From: Candidatus Anaeroferrophillacea bacterium
GTDB taxonomy: Bacteria > Desulfobacterota > Anaeroferrophillalia > Anaeroferrophillales > Anaeroferrophillaceae
Direction of reading: 5' to 3'
NCBI GenBank assembly: GCA_016933675.1
Contig: JAFGAM010000006.1
Coordinates: 2,220-66,219, forward strand
Length of the DNA: 64,000 nucleotides
Shown one piece after another: positions 28,540 to 39,469 of the stretch. Position numbers and translations under genes: made by a program. A model generated the notes under the pieces. That model did not search any database. It was not told where the DNA came from and worked only from the letters and a program-made list of their open reading frames with translations. Every line of letters begins with the position of its first letter. Positions within the stretch are counted from its first letter, which is position 1.

Positions 28540-28881
28540 ATGGAGATATCGATTCAGCATCTGCCGTCGACGGTGGTGGTGACCATGTCGGGGATGTTCG
28601 GTACTGCGGAAGTCGACCATATGCTGCAACAGGTCCGTGAGGTTATGGCCACGACCAGGCTGGATATTGTCCTGGAAGGCAGTCAGCTGCGTTTTATCGA
28701 CAGTTCAGGGCTCGGTTGTCTGGTGACCCTGGCCAAGGATGCCCGCCAGAAGCGGCAGCGGTTCGTGCTTGCCGCCTTCCCCGGGCATATCCGGGAGGTG
28801 CTGGTCATGACCCGGCTCGATCAGCTGCTGACGATCCACGAGGGCAGCGTTCAGGATTATGTGCGTTCCCGCGAGTCGTGA
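28540..28881 (+). CDS. STAS-domain protein (anti-sigma-factor-antagonist-like)
   Basis: LRFIDSSGLGCLV motif and 113 aa length. Start at the ATG at 28540, after GGGGGAGG. Confidence 0.8.
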   Translation: MEISIQHLPSTVVVTMSGMFGTAEVDHMLQQVREVMATTRLDIVLEGSQLRFIDSSGLGCLVTLAKDARQKRQRFVLAAFPGHIREVLVMTRLDQLLTIHEGSVQDYVRSRES

Positions 28882-28986
28882 TGGTTTAATGCCGGCACCA
28901 TCTTTATTGGCGGGGTGCCGTTGCTTTTCCCCCATGTTGTCGGCGGATGCGGCGGCATCAGCGATGGCAGGATTCGAGACTAATTC

Positions 28987-30429
28987 ATGAACGGCGGGCA
29001 GCCTTTCATCACTTTGTTGAGTGACAGCCGGGAATTGGAGAACCGGCTGGCGGCGGCATTGCCCGATGCCGTGCGGCTCCGGCGGGTTGGCCGGGAGGAA
29101 CATCGCGAGGCGGATGTCGCCCCCGGTGCGCTGCTGCTGGTCGATTGTTTGCCGGATGCGCGTGGTGATGACGGAAACCGCTTCTGGCCGCCGCGGCTCG
29201 CACGCCGGGCGGCGGCGGTGATCGTCATTGCCGCCCGGGGCGACATGGAGACCGTGCGCCGGGGAATCCGTCAGGGAGCGGCCTCGTTTCTCTCCGTTCC
29301 GGTCGATGCCGTATCCTTGGAACGGGTGCTTGCCTCCTGCATGGCCGGCCGCGCCGTTGCCGATGACGACGGTCTGCCCGCCGACGATGACCTGCGACGC
29401 CGGGGCTTCTGCGGAATGCTGGGGGCGGCGCCGGAGATGAAACAGGTTTTCCGGCTGATTCGCCAGGTGGCGGACAGCGACTGCACGGTGCTGATCTCCG
29501 GTGAAAGCGGTACCGGGAAGGAACTGGTGGCCCGGGCCATCTACCGGCAGAGCGAACGATCCCGCCGGGCGTTCGTGCCGGTCAACTGTGCTGCGATTCC
29601 CCGTGACCTGCTGGAGTCGGAACTCTTCGGCTACGTGAAAGGCTCCTTCACCGGGGCGGTTGCCGATCGCATGGGCCGGGTGGAAATGGCCGACGGCGGG
29701 GTGTTGTTTCTCGACGAGATCGCCGATATGGAACCCATGCTCCAGGTCAAGATGCTGCGGGTGCTCCAGGAGCGGGAGATCGAGCCCCTCGGCAGCCGCC
29801 AGGGGGCGAAAAGGATCGACGTCCGTTTTGTTGCCGCCACCAACCGTGACCTCGAGCAGGCGGTACGCGATGGCAGCTTCCGCGAGGATCTCTTCTTCCG
29901 CCTCAGCGTCGTGCCGGTTACCCTGCCGCCCCTGCGCCGCCGGACCGATGATCTTCCCTGTCTGGTGGAATTTTTCCTTGACCGGAAAAACCGCGGCCGC
30001 CGCCGGCCACCGGTGCGGGGGATTACCGACGAGGCCCTGGCGCTGCTGGCCGAGTATCCCTGGCCGGGGAACGTCCGCGAACTGGAAAACGTCATCGAGC
30101 GGGTGCTGGTCTTCAAGGATGGCGGCTACATCCAGCCCATCGATCTGCCGGAGAAGATTATCGCCGGGGAACCGGTTGCCGGCGCCGTCGGCGGGACGGT
30201 GGAAACGGCCGCCGACCGGCGCATTCCGGCCTCCGGCATCTCGCTCAAAAGCGAGGTGACGCGGCTGGAGCGGGAGTTGATTCTCCAGGCGCTCGAACAG
30301 ACCGGCGGCGTCAAGGAACACGCCGCCCAACTGCTGCAGGTGAACCGGACAACCCTGATAGAGAAGATGAAACGCAACCGGATCGATGCCGGACAGGTGC
30401 CGGGAGGCCATGACGGGACCGCGGTCTGA
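28987..30429 (+). CDS. sigma54-dependent transcriptional activator with receiver-like N-terminus, copy 3
   Basis: [20 protein letters not shown], and a C-terminal HTH. Confidence 0.9.
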   Translation: MNGGQPFITLLSDSRELENRLAAALPDAVRLRRVGREEHREADVAPGALLLVDCLPDARGDDGNRFWPPRLARRAAAVIVIAARGDMETVRRGIRQGAASFLSVPVDAVSLERVLASCMAGRAVADDDGLPADDDLRRRGFCGMLGAAPEMKQVFRLIRQVADSDCTVLISGESGTGKELVARAIYRQSERSRRAFVPVNCAAIPRDLLESELFGYVKGSFTGAVADRMGRVEMADGGVLFLDEIADMEPMLQVKMLRVLQEREIEPLGSRQGAKRIDVRFVAATNRDLEQAVRDGSFREDLFFRLSVVPVTLPPLRRRTDDLPCLVEFFLDRKNRGRRRPPVRGITDEALALLAEYPWPGNVRELENVIERVLVFKDGGYIQPIDLPEKIIAGEPVAGAVGGTVETAADRRIPASGISLKSEVTRLERELILQALEQTGGVKEHAAQLLQVNRTTLIEKMKRNRIDAGQVPGGHDGTAV

Positions 30430-33400
30430 AGGGCATCGGGGGCTGACCGGTCACGGTGTCCGCCTCGCGGTGCTGCTGGTCGCGCTCTGGCTGCTGGCGG
30501 GGCCGGGCGCGATCCCGGTGGCGGCGGCGGAAAAGGAGCTGCGGTCGGTAAAGATCGGCAGTTTTGCCGACAAGACCCGCGTTGTTCTGCGCCTGACCGG
30601 CGAGGGGTTTTACGAGGTCCGGCAAGATGCCGACCGGGTGATCGTCAACCTGTACGGGTTCGTCAATCTTCGCGTGCCGCCGCGACAGGTGGTGGACGAA
30701 CGGCTGATCAGCACCGTCACGGTGCAGGAGGAGGACGACCGGCTGGCGATCACGGTCGCCCTACGGGCGCCTATCCTCGACTACCATGCCGGGCTTTTCG
30801 GTTCGCCGCCGGTGCTGGTTCTGGACCTTTTTCCGCGGACTGTGGCCGGCGGCCCGGATGAAGCCCCGGAAACGTCGTCACCGGCGGGGGGCGCAGGGGT
30901 GGCCCCCGCTGGCCGCACGGATGAAGAAGCGGCGGCGGGGGGCGTTGACGAAACCGCAGCGCCGGCGGAATCCGCGGCGGTCGTGCCGGAGCCGCCCGCG
31001 GTCGTGATCTCGCTGGCCGGCGATGTTCCTGCCGGCACCGGCGTATTGCCGGCTGCCGAGGCGCCGTCGGTATCGGCTGACGGGGCGGCAGTTTCAGCCT
31101 TGACGGCTGCCGGGGAGGCCTCGACGTCGGCTGCTGCCGCTGATCCCCCCGCGGGCCGGGTAACGCCGGCGGATGCGGAAGCTTTGCCGGCACCGGGGGT
31201 GACGGACATTGCCGATGTGGAGGCGGTACCGGCTTCCCCGTCTCCCGATGATGTGCCGCCGCCGGTGCCTGCGGGTTCGCTTTCCGCGCCGACCGCGGAA
31301 GCTAAGCGGGGTGATACCACGGTGGTTCCGGTGGACGCGGATGCTGCATCGCCGCTTCCGGGAGTCCATCCTCTGCCGGCACCGGAATACCGGGCGCCGG
31401 CCGGCACTGCCCCGAAGACCGGAGCGCCGGCGGAAACGGCTGTCGAGGGTGGTGGTCCGGTTCTTGCGGTCGTCGGGACGGAGGCGCTTCCGGCCGCAGC
31501 GGCAGGGATACCGGCGCCGGCGGCCGTCCACGGGTCGCCCGGGGACGGTACGGCGGTTCCGGGGACCGCGGCGCTGCCGTCCCCGGAGCCGGTTCCGGGA
31601 CCCCGCGAGCAGCGGCGGGATGATGCCGCCGCGACGCTCTACGACGAGGGACTGCGGCTGTACCATGAGGGCAATTTCGATGCCGCGGTGGAGCGTTTTA
31701 CCACTCTGATCCGGGAGGTTCCGGCGTCGCCGCTGGTGCCGGGGGCGCGTTTTCGTATCAGTGATGCGCGGGCCCGGCAGGCAGCGGCCGAACAGTCCCC
31801 CGATGTGCACCGCGCCATTAACGATTACCTTGCCGTGGTCCGCCGTTTTCCGGAACACGAGGATGCCCCCTGGGCCTGGCTGCAGGTCGGCCGGCTGTAC
31901 GAATCCCTGGGGTTCTCCTATGAGGCCGACGGGGTCTATGAGATCGTCTTGCGGCAGTATCCGGACAGCGAGTTCGCCGCCGCTGCGCGGCTTCGAGCCG
32001 CACGGCTGAACTATCGTATGGAACGCTGGGGCCGGGCGGCGGTGCTGTTTGCCGGGATCGGGGACGATGACGCTGCCGGCGATGACACGTTCCGGGCGGA
32101 GGCCCGATATTACGAGGCCAACAGCCATTGCCGGGAGGGGGATTACGGCCGTGCCCGCAAGCTGTACGAAACGGCGCTGAAGCGGTTCCCGGTCTATCCG
32201 ACGCAGGATGCCGAGTCGCTCTACCTGATCGGTGCCTGTTACCAGCAGGTGGGAGAACTGCCGCGGGCGCGGGAATACCTGCTGACGGTGCGCAACCTCT
32301 TTCCCGAACACCGGCTTACCAATCTCGCTCTGACCCGGGTGGGTGATACGCTGATTGCGGAGGGGTCACTGCTGCAGGGGCTGGCGGTTCTGAGCACGGT
32401 GATTCGCGAGTATCCCGAAACCGACGGTGCCCTGCTGGCGCGTCTCAGCCTGGCCCGCATCGGCGAGCGGGAAAACCTCGATCTTGCCGCCGCCGAGCGT
32501 GAGACCTACGAGGAGTTTCTCGATAGCGCCGCCTGCTACCGCCAGGTTGTCGCCCGGGGCGGGGCGGATAATCCTCTGGCGCACATCGCCCGTCTGCGTC
32601 TCGGACAACTGCATTATCGCCGGCGGGAATACGCCGCCGCCCGGCGCGAATTGGATCTGCTCTTCGAGGTCGACATCGATCCCCAGTTGCGCGGCCCGGC
32701 GCTGGAGACCATGCGCGACGTGCTTCATGATGAACTGGAAGGGTACTATCGCAAGGGTGATTATACTGCGATGATCGCCTTGCAGGATCGCTACGGCCGG
32801 ACCTTCCTGCCTCGCCCGGACCGTCTTTATCCCTACCTGTGGCTGGCCGATGCCATGCGCCGGCAGGGGCTGTACCAGGGGGCCGTGGAACTCTACGTTC
32901 CCCTCGCCGCCTGCGATCCCGATCTTCTTCCCCGGCTGGAGATCGGCTGGGGCATGGCCTTCTGTCACCTGAAGCTCGGTGATCCGGCTGCCGCCGCTGC
33001 GGTGCTGGCGCCGCTGCTGGCTGCTTCGCTGCCGCGGCCGTGGGATTACCGCCTGCGGCTGCTGCAGGCCGATGCCCTGGCGGCCCGGGGGGAGCGGGAT
33101 GCCGCCCTGGAGCTGCTTGCGGAGCTGCGGCGGCACCACCGGGCCGCCGACCGCCTGGCGGTGCTGCTCATCCGCATGGGGATGCTGCAGCAGGAGGCCG
33201 GGCGGCCCGCGGCCGCCATCGCCATCCTGGAGGAGGCGGTCGCTTTGACGACCGATAATCCCGCCCTGGTCTCCCGGAGCCGGCGCGCCGTTCTCGCGGC
33301 ATCCCTGGGACGGCTCTACTACGCCGGTGAGGCCGGCGAGCGGGCACTGCGGTGGTTCCGGGAGGCCGCGCTGCTGGAGGACGATCCGGCGACGGTTGCC

Positions 33401-33562
33401 GAACTGCTGTACTGGCAAGGTGCCGCGCTGGCGCGGCTGGACCGCCTCGCGGAACTGGAGCGGCTGCTGGAAACCATGCGGGCCACCTGCCCGGACAGCC
33501 CCTGGACAAACATGACCGTGGATCTGCTGCAGGAGAAACGCTGGCGGGCGGGGAGCCGTTGA
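30410..33562 (+). CDS. large exported AMIN-domain / Ala-Pro-rich linker / TPR-repeat protein
   Basis: Signal-like [26 protein letters not shown]-like segment ([10 protein letters not shown]...RVIVNLYG...[10 protein letters not shown]). A disordered A/P/E linker of about 270 aa, then TPR-like repeats to the end. Start at the ATG at 30410, after GGGAGG. Confidence 0.8.
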   Translation: MTGPRSEGHRGLTGHGVRLAVLLVALWLLAGPGAIPVAAAEKELRSVKIGSFADKTRVVLRLTGEGFYEVRQDADRVIVNLYGFVNLRVPPRQVVDERLISTVTVQEEDDRLAITVALRAPILDYHAGLFGSPPVLVLDLFPRTVAGGPDEAPETSSPAGGAGVAPAGRTDEEAAAGGVDETAAPAESAAVVPEPPAVVISLAGDVPAGTGVLPAAEAPSVSADGAAVSALTAAGEASTSAAAADPPAGRVTPADAEALPAPGVTDIADVEAVPASPSPDDVPPPVPAGSLSAPTAEAKRGDTTVVPVDADAASPLPGVHPLPAPEYRAPAGTAPKTGAPAETAVEGGGPVLAVVGTEALPAAAAGIPAPAAVHGSPGDGTAVPGTAALPSPEPVPGPREQRRDDAAATLYDEGLRLYHEGNFDAAVERFTTLIREVPASPLVPGARFRISDARARQAAAEQSPDVHRAINDYLAVVRRFPEHEDAPWAWLQVGRLYESLGFSYEADGVYEIVLRQYPDSEFAAAARLRAARLNYRMERWGRAAVLFAGIGDDDAAGDDTFRAEARYYEANSHCREGDYGRARKLYETALKRFPVYPTQDAESLYLIGACYQQVGELPRAREYLLTVRNLFPEHRLTNLALTRVGDTLIAEGSLLQGLAVLSTVIREYPETDGALLARLSLARIGERENLDLAAAERETYEEFLDSAACYRQVVARGGADNPLAHIARLRLGQLHYRRREYAAARRELDLLFEVDIDPQLRGPALETMRDVLHDELEGYYRKGDYTAMIALQDRYGRTFLPRPDRLYPYLWLADAMRRQGLYQGAVELYVPLAACDPDLLPRLEIGWGMAFCHLKLGDPAAAAAVLAPLLAASLPRPWDYRLRLLQADALAARGERDAALELLAELRRHHRAADRLAVLLIRMGMLQQEAGRPAAAIAILEEAVALTTDNPALVSRSRRAVLAASLGRLYYAGEAGERALRWFREAALLEDDPATVAELLYWQGAALARLDRLAELERLLETMRATCPDSPWTNMTVDLLQEKRWRAGSR

Positions 33563-35028
33563 TGAAGATTCTGCTCTGGGATCCCGATCAGGATTACTGT
33601 GAACGGCTGCGTCCGGCCCTCGAGCGGGCGGGACTAACGGTGATCGCCCTGCCTCCGGGCGGCGACCCGGTCGCGGTTATCCGCCGTGAAGGGCCGTTCA
33701 TCCTGGCGGCCGGTGAGCTGGACGGCGGCGATCGGCCGCCGTCGCCGCTGGCGGCAATGCGTGATGCCTTTCCCGAGCTGTCGGTGGTGGTGCTCACCGC
33801 CACGCCCTCGGTGTCCGGTGCCATTGCCGCCATCCGGGCGGGGGTGGTGGATTACCTGCTGAAACGCGGCCTTTCCATTGACGATGCGGCGGCGGCGCTG
33901 ATCCGCGCCGTGCCGCATCGCCCGCCCGCGGCGGCCGCGGCATCGCCCGGCGCGGGGTCCTCACTCATCTGCCGTGATCCGGCGATGGCCCGGGTGGCGC
34001 TGTTTGCCCGCAAGGCGGCGGTCAGCGATGCTACCGTGCTTATCCAGGGGGAGAGCGGCACCGGCAAGGAGGTCCTGTCGCGCTTCATCCACCACCAGAG
34101 CCGGCGGGCGGACAAACCCTTTGTCGCCATCAACTGCGCCGCCCTGCCCGCCAACCTTCTTGAAAGTGAACTCTTCGGCCACGAGAAGGGCGCTTTCACC
34201 GGTGCCTTCGCCCGCAAGCCGGGAAAATTCGAATTGGCCCATGGCGGCACCCTGCTGCTGGACGAGGTGTCGGAGATGGACTTGGCGCTGCAGAGCAAGC
34301 TGCTGCGCGTGATCCAGGAGGGAGAGGTGGACCGCGTTGGTGGCCGGGAACCGGTGCCCGTGGACGTCCGTATCATCGCCACCACCAATCGCCTCATCCG
34401 CGAGGAGGTCGATGCCGGTCGCTTTCGCCAGGATCTCTATTTCCGTCTCAACGTCATTCCGCTGACCATCCCGCCCCTCAGGGAGCGGCCGGGTGACATC
34501 GATCCGCTGCTCGAGCTGTTTATCGACCGCTACCGACGGCGCAACCGCAAGAACATCGGAGGCATCTCTCCCGCCGCCCGCCGGCGGTTGCACGCCTATG
34601 ATTACCCCGGCAATATCCGCGAGCTGGAAAACATCATCGAACGGGCGGTGGTCTTCGCCGACGGGACGCTGATCGAGGTCGGTGATCTCCTGATGGGGGA
34701 CGGGGAACTGCCGGATATAGATCTGTCGGCGATAGATCTGTCGGCGGCGGATGCGGATGCCGCATCCGGCCTGCCGGCGGCAAACTCCGCCGGTGTCGGG
34801 GCGGCGACGGAGTTTGCCGCCGGCATGCCGCTGGCCGAGGTCGAACGCCGCATGATCTTTTGTACCCTCGACGCGGTGGACAACAACCGGACGCGGGCGG
34901 CGGAGATGTTGGGGATCAGCATCCGGACGCTTCGCAACAAGCTGAAGGAGTACCGGGAAACCTGCGGCCTGACGCCGGAAAACCGCGTCGGTACCGGTGG
35001 CGGGGCCGATTTTCCGGCCGGCGGCTGA
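33562..35028 (+). CDS. sigma54-dependent transcriptional activator with receiver-like N-terminus, copy 4
   Basis: [14 protein letters not shown], and a C-terminal HTH. The ATG at 33562 overlaps the TGA of the upstream gene by 1 nt. Confidence 0.9.
   Translation: MKILLWDPDQDYCERLRPALERAGLTVIALPPGGDPVAVIRREGPFILAAGELDGGDRPPSPLAAMRDAFPELSVVVLTATPSVSGAIAAIRAGVVDYLLKRGLSIDDAAAALIRAVPHRPPAAAAASPGAGSSLICRDPAMARVALFARKAAVSDATVLIQGESGTGKEVLSRFIHHQSRRADKPFVAINCAALPANLLESELFGHEKGAFTGAFARKPGKFELAHGGTLLLDEVSEMDLALQSKLLRVIQEGEVDRVGGREPVPVDVRIIATTNRLIREEVDAGRFRQDLYFRLNVIPLTIPPLRERPGDIDPLLELFIDRYRRRNRKNIGGISPAARRRLHAYDYPGNIRELENIIERAVVFADGTLIEVGDLLMGDGELPDIDLSAIDLSAADADAASGLPAANSAGVGAATEFAAGMPLAEVERRMIFCTLDAVDNNRTRAAEMLGISIRTLRNKLKEYRETCGLTPENRVGTGGGADFPAGG
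34717..34746 (+). repeat. perfect 15-bp in-frame tandem duplication ([10 protein letters not shown])
   Basis: ATAGATCTGTCGGCG occurs twice in tandem, within the linker before the HTH of activator copy 4. Confidence 0.9.
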
Positions 35029-35115
35029 AGGGTGTCGGCCGGGAAACGGCAGTATTCCCTTTTCACCGTCAGCAGGCAGTCGTTAAGGTTCCTTCACGGC
35101 TCCAGCAATGATTAT

Positions 35116-35237
35116 GGTGTCGTAACCACTCCATCTTCCTCGTTGCGTTGCCGGTCGAGCCTTTGCGGCGTACTTCCATGTATGCCTCATTCCTCGACTT
35201 TTGGCCGCCGCGAATCCGCCTGCCGGTACGGTGCCGG
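35116..35237 (+). repeat. intergenic mosaic repeat, full copy (R8)
   Basis: GGTGTCGTAACCACTCCATCTTCCTCGTTGC...GCGGCGTACTTCCATGTATGCCTCATTCCTCG...GCGAATCCGCCTGCCGGTACGGTGCCGG. Confidence 0.8.
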
Positions 35238-35325
35238 TTTTTCGGCTGATATTGGCCGATGGTTACAGGTTGACGGGGGGATTTCTTTTGTTATATTTGG
35301 AACGGAGTCTTGCTTGACGGCTGCC

Positions 35326-35470
35326 TGACAACTCCAACTTCTTCGTTGCCTGCCTGTGCGTGCCGTACGCAGGCAGGTGCCGCGAGCTCGGACACTGCGG
35401 CGTACTTCCAGTCACGCCGCATTCCTCGGCTTTCGCGTGCCATGAATCCGGATCCGTTACGGTGTCATCC
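35326..35470 (+). repeat. intergenic mosaic repeat, full copy (R9)
   Basis: TGACAACTCCAACTTCTTCGTTGC plus a hairpin 27/29 identical to that of R3, then GCGGCGTACTTCCAGTCACGCCGCATTCCTCGG and GAATCCGGATCCGTTACGGTGTCATCC. Confidence 0.8.
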
Positions 35471-35586
35471 TGTCTTGACGTGTTTTGGCGCTGGTTACGG
35501 TCCCATCATGATTGAATGCCCCGGTCGGCGGGGTGACGGACTAAGGACATTCAGGAATATCTCAGCGACATGGAGGGAAGGGAAAA

Positions 35587-36606
35587 ATGGCTGCTGTGAA
35601 TGTGGCGGTGAATGGTTTCGGGCGCATCGGTCGGGATTGCCTGCGGGCGGCGGCGAACGACGACCGGCTGAATTTTCGGGCTGTCGTCAGTACCATCGAT
35701 GACGCCCAGACCATGGCTCACCTGTTGAAATACGATTCGGTCGCCGGGACCCTGGCGGCCGACGTGGTTCCCGGTGACAAGTCTCTCACCATCAACGGCC
35801 GGGAGATCAGACTGATCGCCGCCCGGGATCCCCAAACCGTACCGTGGCGGGATCTCGGAGTGGACGTGGTGATGGAGTGTTCGGGAATCTACCGCGACCG
35901 CGACAAGGCCGCCGTGTTTCTCGACGGCGGCGTCAAGCGGGTGGTGGTTTCGGCGCCGGTGAAGCGGGCAGATGCCACCATCGTCATGGGGGTCAACCAT
36001 GAAGACTTCGATCCGGCGGCCCATTTCGTCGTTTCCAACGCCTCCTGCACCACCAACTGCCTCGCCCCGGTGGCCAAGGTGCTGGTGGAGCTCTGCGGCA
36101 TCAGACGCGGCCTTATGACGACGATTCACTCCTATACCCGGGATCAGCAGATCCTCGACGCGCGTCACAAGGATCTGCGCCGTGCCCGTGCCGCCGGCGT
36201 GTCCATGATTCCCACCACCACCGGCGCCGCCGCTGCGGTGGGTCTGGTGCTGCCGCAGCTCAAGGGTCGTCTCGACGGCCTTGCGATCCGCGTCCCGACC
36301 CCCAACGTCTCCCTCGTCGATCTCGTGGTGGAGACCGCAAAGCCGGTGACCGCCGAGGTCGTGAACGACGCCTTCCGCCGGGCCGCCGCCGGCGACTTGC
36401 AGGGGATTCTCGCGGTGAGTGACGAGCCCCTGGTGTCCATCGATTTTAACCACAACCCCTTTTCCTCCATTGTCGATGCCGGGCTTACCAATGTCATGGA
36501 CGATACCATGCTCAAGGTCATGAGCTGGTACGACAACGAGTGGGGCTACGCCAACCGCCTGAATGATCTGACGGTTTACGTCGCGCGGCGGAGCGGTCTG
36601 CTGTAG
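35587..36606 (+). CDS. gap: type I glyceraldehyde-3-phosphate dehydrogenase
   Basis: VNGFGRIGR and the SNASCTTNCLAP active site. Confidence 0.97.
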   Translation: MAAVNVAVNGFGRIGRDCLRAAANDDRLNFRAVVSTIDDAQTMAHLLKYDSVAGTLAADVVPGDKSLTINGREIRLIAARDPQTVPWRDLGVDVVMECSGIYRDRDKAAVFLDGGVKRVVVSAPVKRADATIVMGVNHEDFDPAAHFVVSNASCTTNCLAPVAKVLVELCGIRRGLMTTIHSYTRDQQILDARHKDLRRARAAGVSMIPTTTGAAAAVGLVLPQLKGRLDGLAIRVPTPNVSLVDLVVETAKPVTAEVVNDAFRRAAAGDLQGILAVSDEPLVSIDFNHNPFSSIVDAGLTNVMDDTMLKVMSWYDNEWGYANRLNDLTVYVARRSGLL

Positions 36607-36716
36607 CCGGGAGACGGTTTTTCATCAACCGGCCGGGGCGCGGCGGCATGGTTTTGGAATGTGCGTCCCGGGCGTCCGGCCGGCGAACCGCAAAGCGGTC
36701 AAAGGGGTGATCTGCG

Positions 36717-37931
36717 ATGGTACGGTATATCAATGAGTTGGCCAATGGGTCATTGCGAGGCAAGCGGGTGTTCGTCCGGGTCGATTTCAACGTCCCGTTG
36801 GACGAGAGCGGCAATATAACCGATGACGTGCGTATCCGCCGGGTGCTGCCGACGATAAACGCCCTGTTGGACGAGGATGCGATCGTCGTTCTCGCCTCCC
36901 ATATGGGCCGACCCAAGGGCCAGGTGGTACCGAAATTTTCTCTCGCTCCGGTGGCGAAGCGGTTGGGCCGCCTGCTGAAGAAGGATGTCACCTTCCTGCC
37001 CGACTGTGTCGGGGCGGTGGTGAAACAGGCATTGGCGGAGGCGCCGGCGGGGGCGGTGTTGCTGTTGGAGAATCTGCGTTTTCACCCCGGTGAAAGTGCC
37101 AACGACCGGGAGTACTCCCGTGCCCTCGCCGATGGTATCGATGTCTATGTCAACGACGCCTTCGCCACCGCCCACCGTTCCCATGCCTCGGTGGTGGGAA
37201 TTACCGAATACGTGCCTGAGTGTTACGCCGGTTTTCTCATGAAGGCCGAACTGGACTATTTCCACCGGGCGATGGACAATCCCATGCGGCCGCTGGTGGC
37301 GATTATCGGCGGTGCCAAGGTTTCCAGCAAGCTGGGGGCGATGGCCAACATGGTCAACCTGGCCGACAAGGTTATCGTCGGCGGGGCGATGGCCTTCACC
37401 TTCCTCAAGTCCATGGGCTTCGGTCTGGGCAAGTCCCTGGTGGAGGAGGATATGGTCGCCCAGGCCGGTGAGATCTTCCGCCAGGCGATTGAGAAAGGGG
37501 TGCGCTTCTATCTGCCGGTGGACTGTGTTGCCGGTGACCGGTTGGCGCCCGATGCCGATACCCGGGTGGTGCCGATCCAGGAGATTCCCCGCGGCTGGAT
37601 GGGCCTGGATATCGGTCCGGCAACCACGACCCTGTTCAACGAGGTGATCCAGAACGCCAAAACCATTATCTGGAACGGCCCGATGGGGGCCTTCGAAATC
37701 GATGCTTTCAGCCGCGGTACCCGGGCGATGGTGCACAACGTCGCCAACACCTATGCCCTGACCATCGTTGGCGGTGGCGATACCGATGTCGCGGTGCAGA
37801 AGTCCGGCGAGGTGGACCGCATATCCTATATTTCCACCGGCGGCGGTGCTTTCCTCGAGTTGCTCGAGGGCAAGACCCTGCCGGCCATTGCCGCGCTTGA
37901 ATCCCGGTGCGGCAGCGGTGGCGGCGACTGA
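36717..37931 (+). CDS. pgk: phosphoglycerate kinase
   Basis: [13 protein letters not shown], with GGGDT and STGGGA motifs. Confidence 0.97.
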   Translation: MVRYINELANGSLRGKRVFVRVDFNVPLDESGNITDDVRIRRVLPTINALLDEDAIVVLASHMGRPKGQVVPKFSLAPVAKRLGRLLKKDVTFLPDCVGAVVKQALAEAPAGAVLLLENLRFHPGESANDREYSRALADGIDVYVNDAFATAHRSHASVVGITEYVPECYAGFLMKAELDYFHRAMDNPMRPLVAIIGGAKVSSKLGAMANMVNLADKVIVGGAMAFTFLKSMGFGLGKSLVEEDMVAQAGEIFRQAIEKGVRFYLPVDCVAGDRLAPDADTRVVPIQEIPRGWMGLDIGPATTTLFNEVIQNAKTIIWNGPMGAFEIDAFSRGTRAMVHNVANTYALTIVGGGDTDVAVQKSGEVDRISYISTGGGAFLELLEGKTLPAIAALESRCGSGGGD

Positions 37932-38028
37932 GTCGGCGGTCTCTGCCGTTGCCCCTGCCGTTTCCCTTGCCGTGCCGCCACGCCGGTAGTGGTGCCGGAA
38001 ACCGGGCGTACCGCCATGCTGATCCGAT

Positions 38029-38060
38029 CACGTCGCCGGCCACCGGTCGGCGACGCTTTT
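38029..38060 (+). terminator. intrinsic-terminator-like hairpin plus T7 between pgk and tpiA
   Basis: GTCGCCGGCC-ACC-GGTCGGCGAC followed by GCTTTTTTT. It ends 20 nt before the tpiA ATG. Confidence 0.55.
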
Positions 38061-38079
38061 TTTGAAAGGGGGGGAACTC

Positions 38080-38859
<780 letters not shown>

Positions 38860-38932
38860 CAATCCACCGCTTTCCTGCTAGGGAACGTGACCTTTATGGA
38901 GGTTTAATTTCCCGGCAGGAGGAGTTTGCGCG

Positions 38933-39385
38933 GTGACAACCATTATTATTGCCCTGCACCTTGTCGTCAGCCTGGCGCTGATTGTGATTATATTGTTACA
39001 GACTGGCAGCGGCGCCGGTATGGGCGCGGCCTTCGGTGCCGGCAGCAGTCAGACCCTGTTCGGCAGTTCCGGATCCAGCAAGTTCTTCACCCGGCTGACC
39101 GCCGGGGCCGCGGCGCTGTTCATGATCACGTCCCTGTCCCTGACGATCATCTCGGCGCACCGCGCCAAGGGAACGTTGATGGAGGGCTTCCAGGAAATGC
39201 GGCCGGCGGTTGAAGCCCCGGTCGCCGCGCCGGCGGCGGAACCCGCCGCGGCCGAGCCCGCCGCACCGGTGGAATCGGCACCGATGGAGCAATCCGCCGT
39301 GCCTGACGGTGCCGCACCGGCGGCGGAGCCAGCGGCGGCCGAACCAGCCGCGCCGGCTGGCGGCGGTGAGCCCGCGGCCAGATGA
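38933..39385 (+). CDS. secG: preprotein translocase subunit SecG with repeat-containing C-terminal extension
   Basis: LLQTGSGAGMGAAFGAGSSQTLFG core and a GTG start. The C-terminal APAAEPAAAEPAAP module occurs twice. Confidence 0.85.
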   Translation: MTTIIIALHLVVSLALIVIILLQTGSGAGMGAAFGAGSSQTLFGSSGSSKFFTRLTAGAAALFMITSLSLTIISAHRAKGTLMEGFQEMRPAVEAPVAAPAAEPAAAEPAAPVESAPMEQSAVPDGAAPAAEPAAAEPAAPAGGGEPAAR

Positions 39386-39386
39386 G

Positions 39387-39429
39387 CTCCGGCGGCAGTA
39401 GGGAGCGCCGCCGCCGGCAGATTTTTTTT
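39387..39429 (+). terminator. rho-independent terminator after secG
   Basis: CCGGCGGC...GCCGCCGG stem followed by T8. Confidence 0.7.
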
Positions 39430-39469
39430 AATTGTCGATTCCGGGAGTAGATGCAACCGTAACCGTCGT

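Noticed and set aside
28894-28910. Sigma54-like -24 element CGGCAC upstream of activator 3.
   Set aside because: The -12 position reads TTAT instead of TTGC. A second candidate, TGGCGG...TTGCT at about 28909-28925, has spacing that is wrong by 2 nt.
35298-35314. Sigma54-like promoter TGGAAC-N-CTTGCT upstream of gap.
   Set aside because: The GG and GC dinucleotides are separated by 11 nt instead of the invariant 10, and gap is not an expected sigma54 target.
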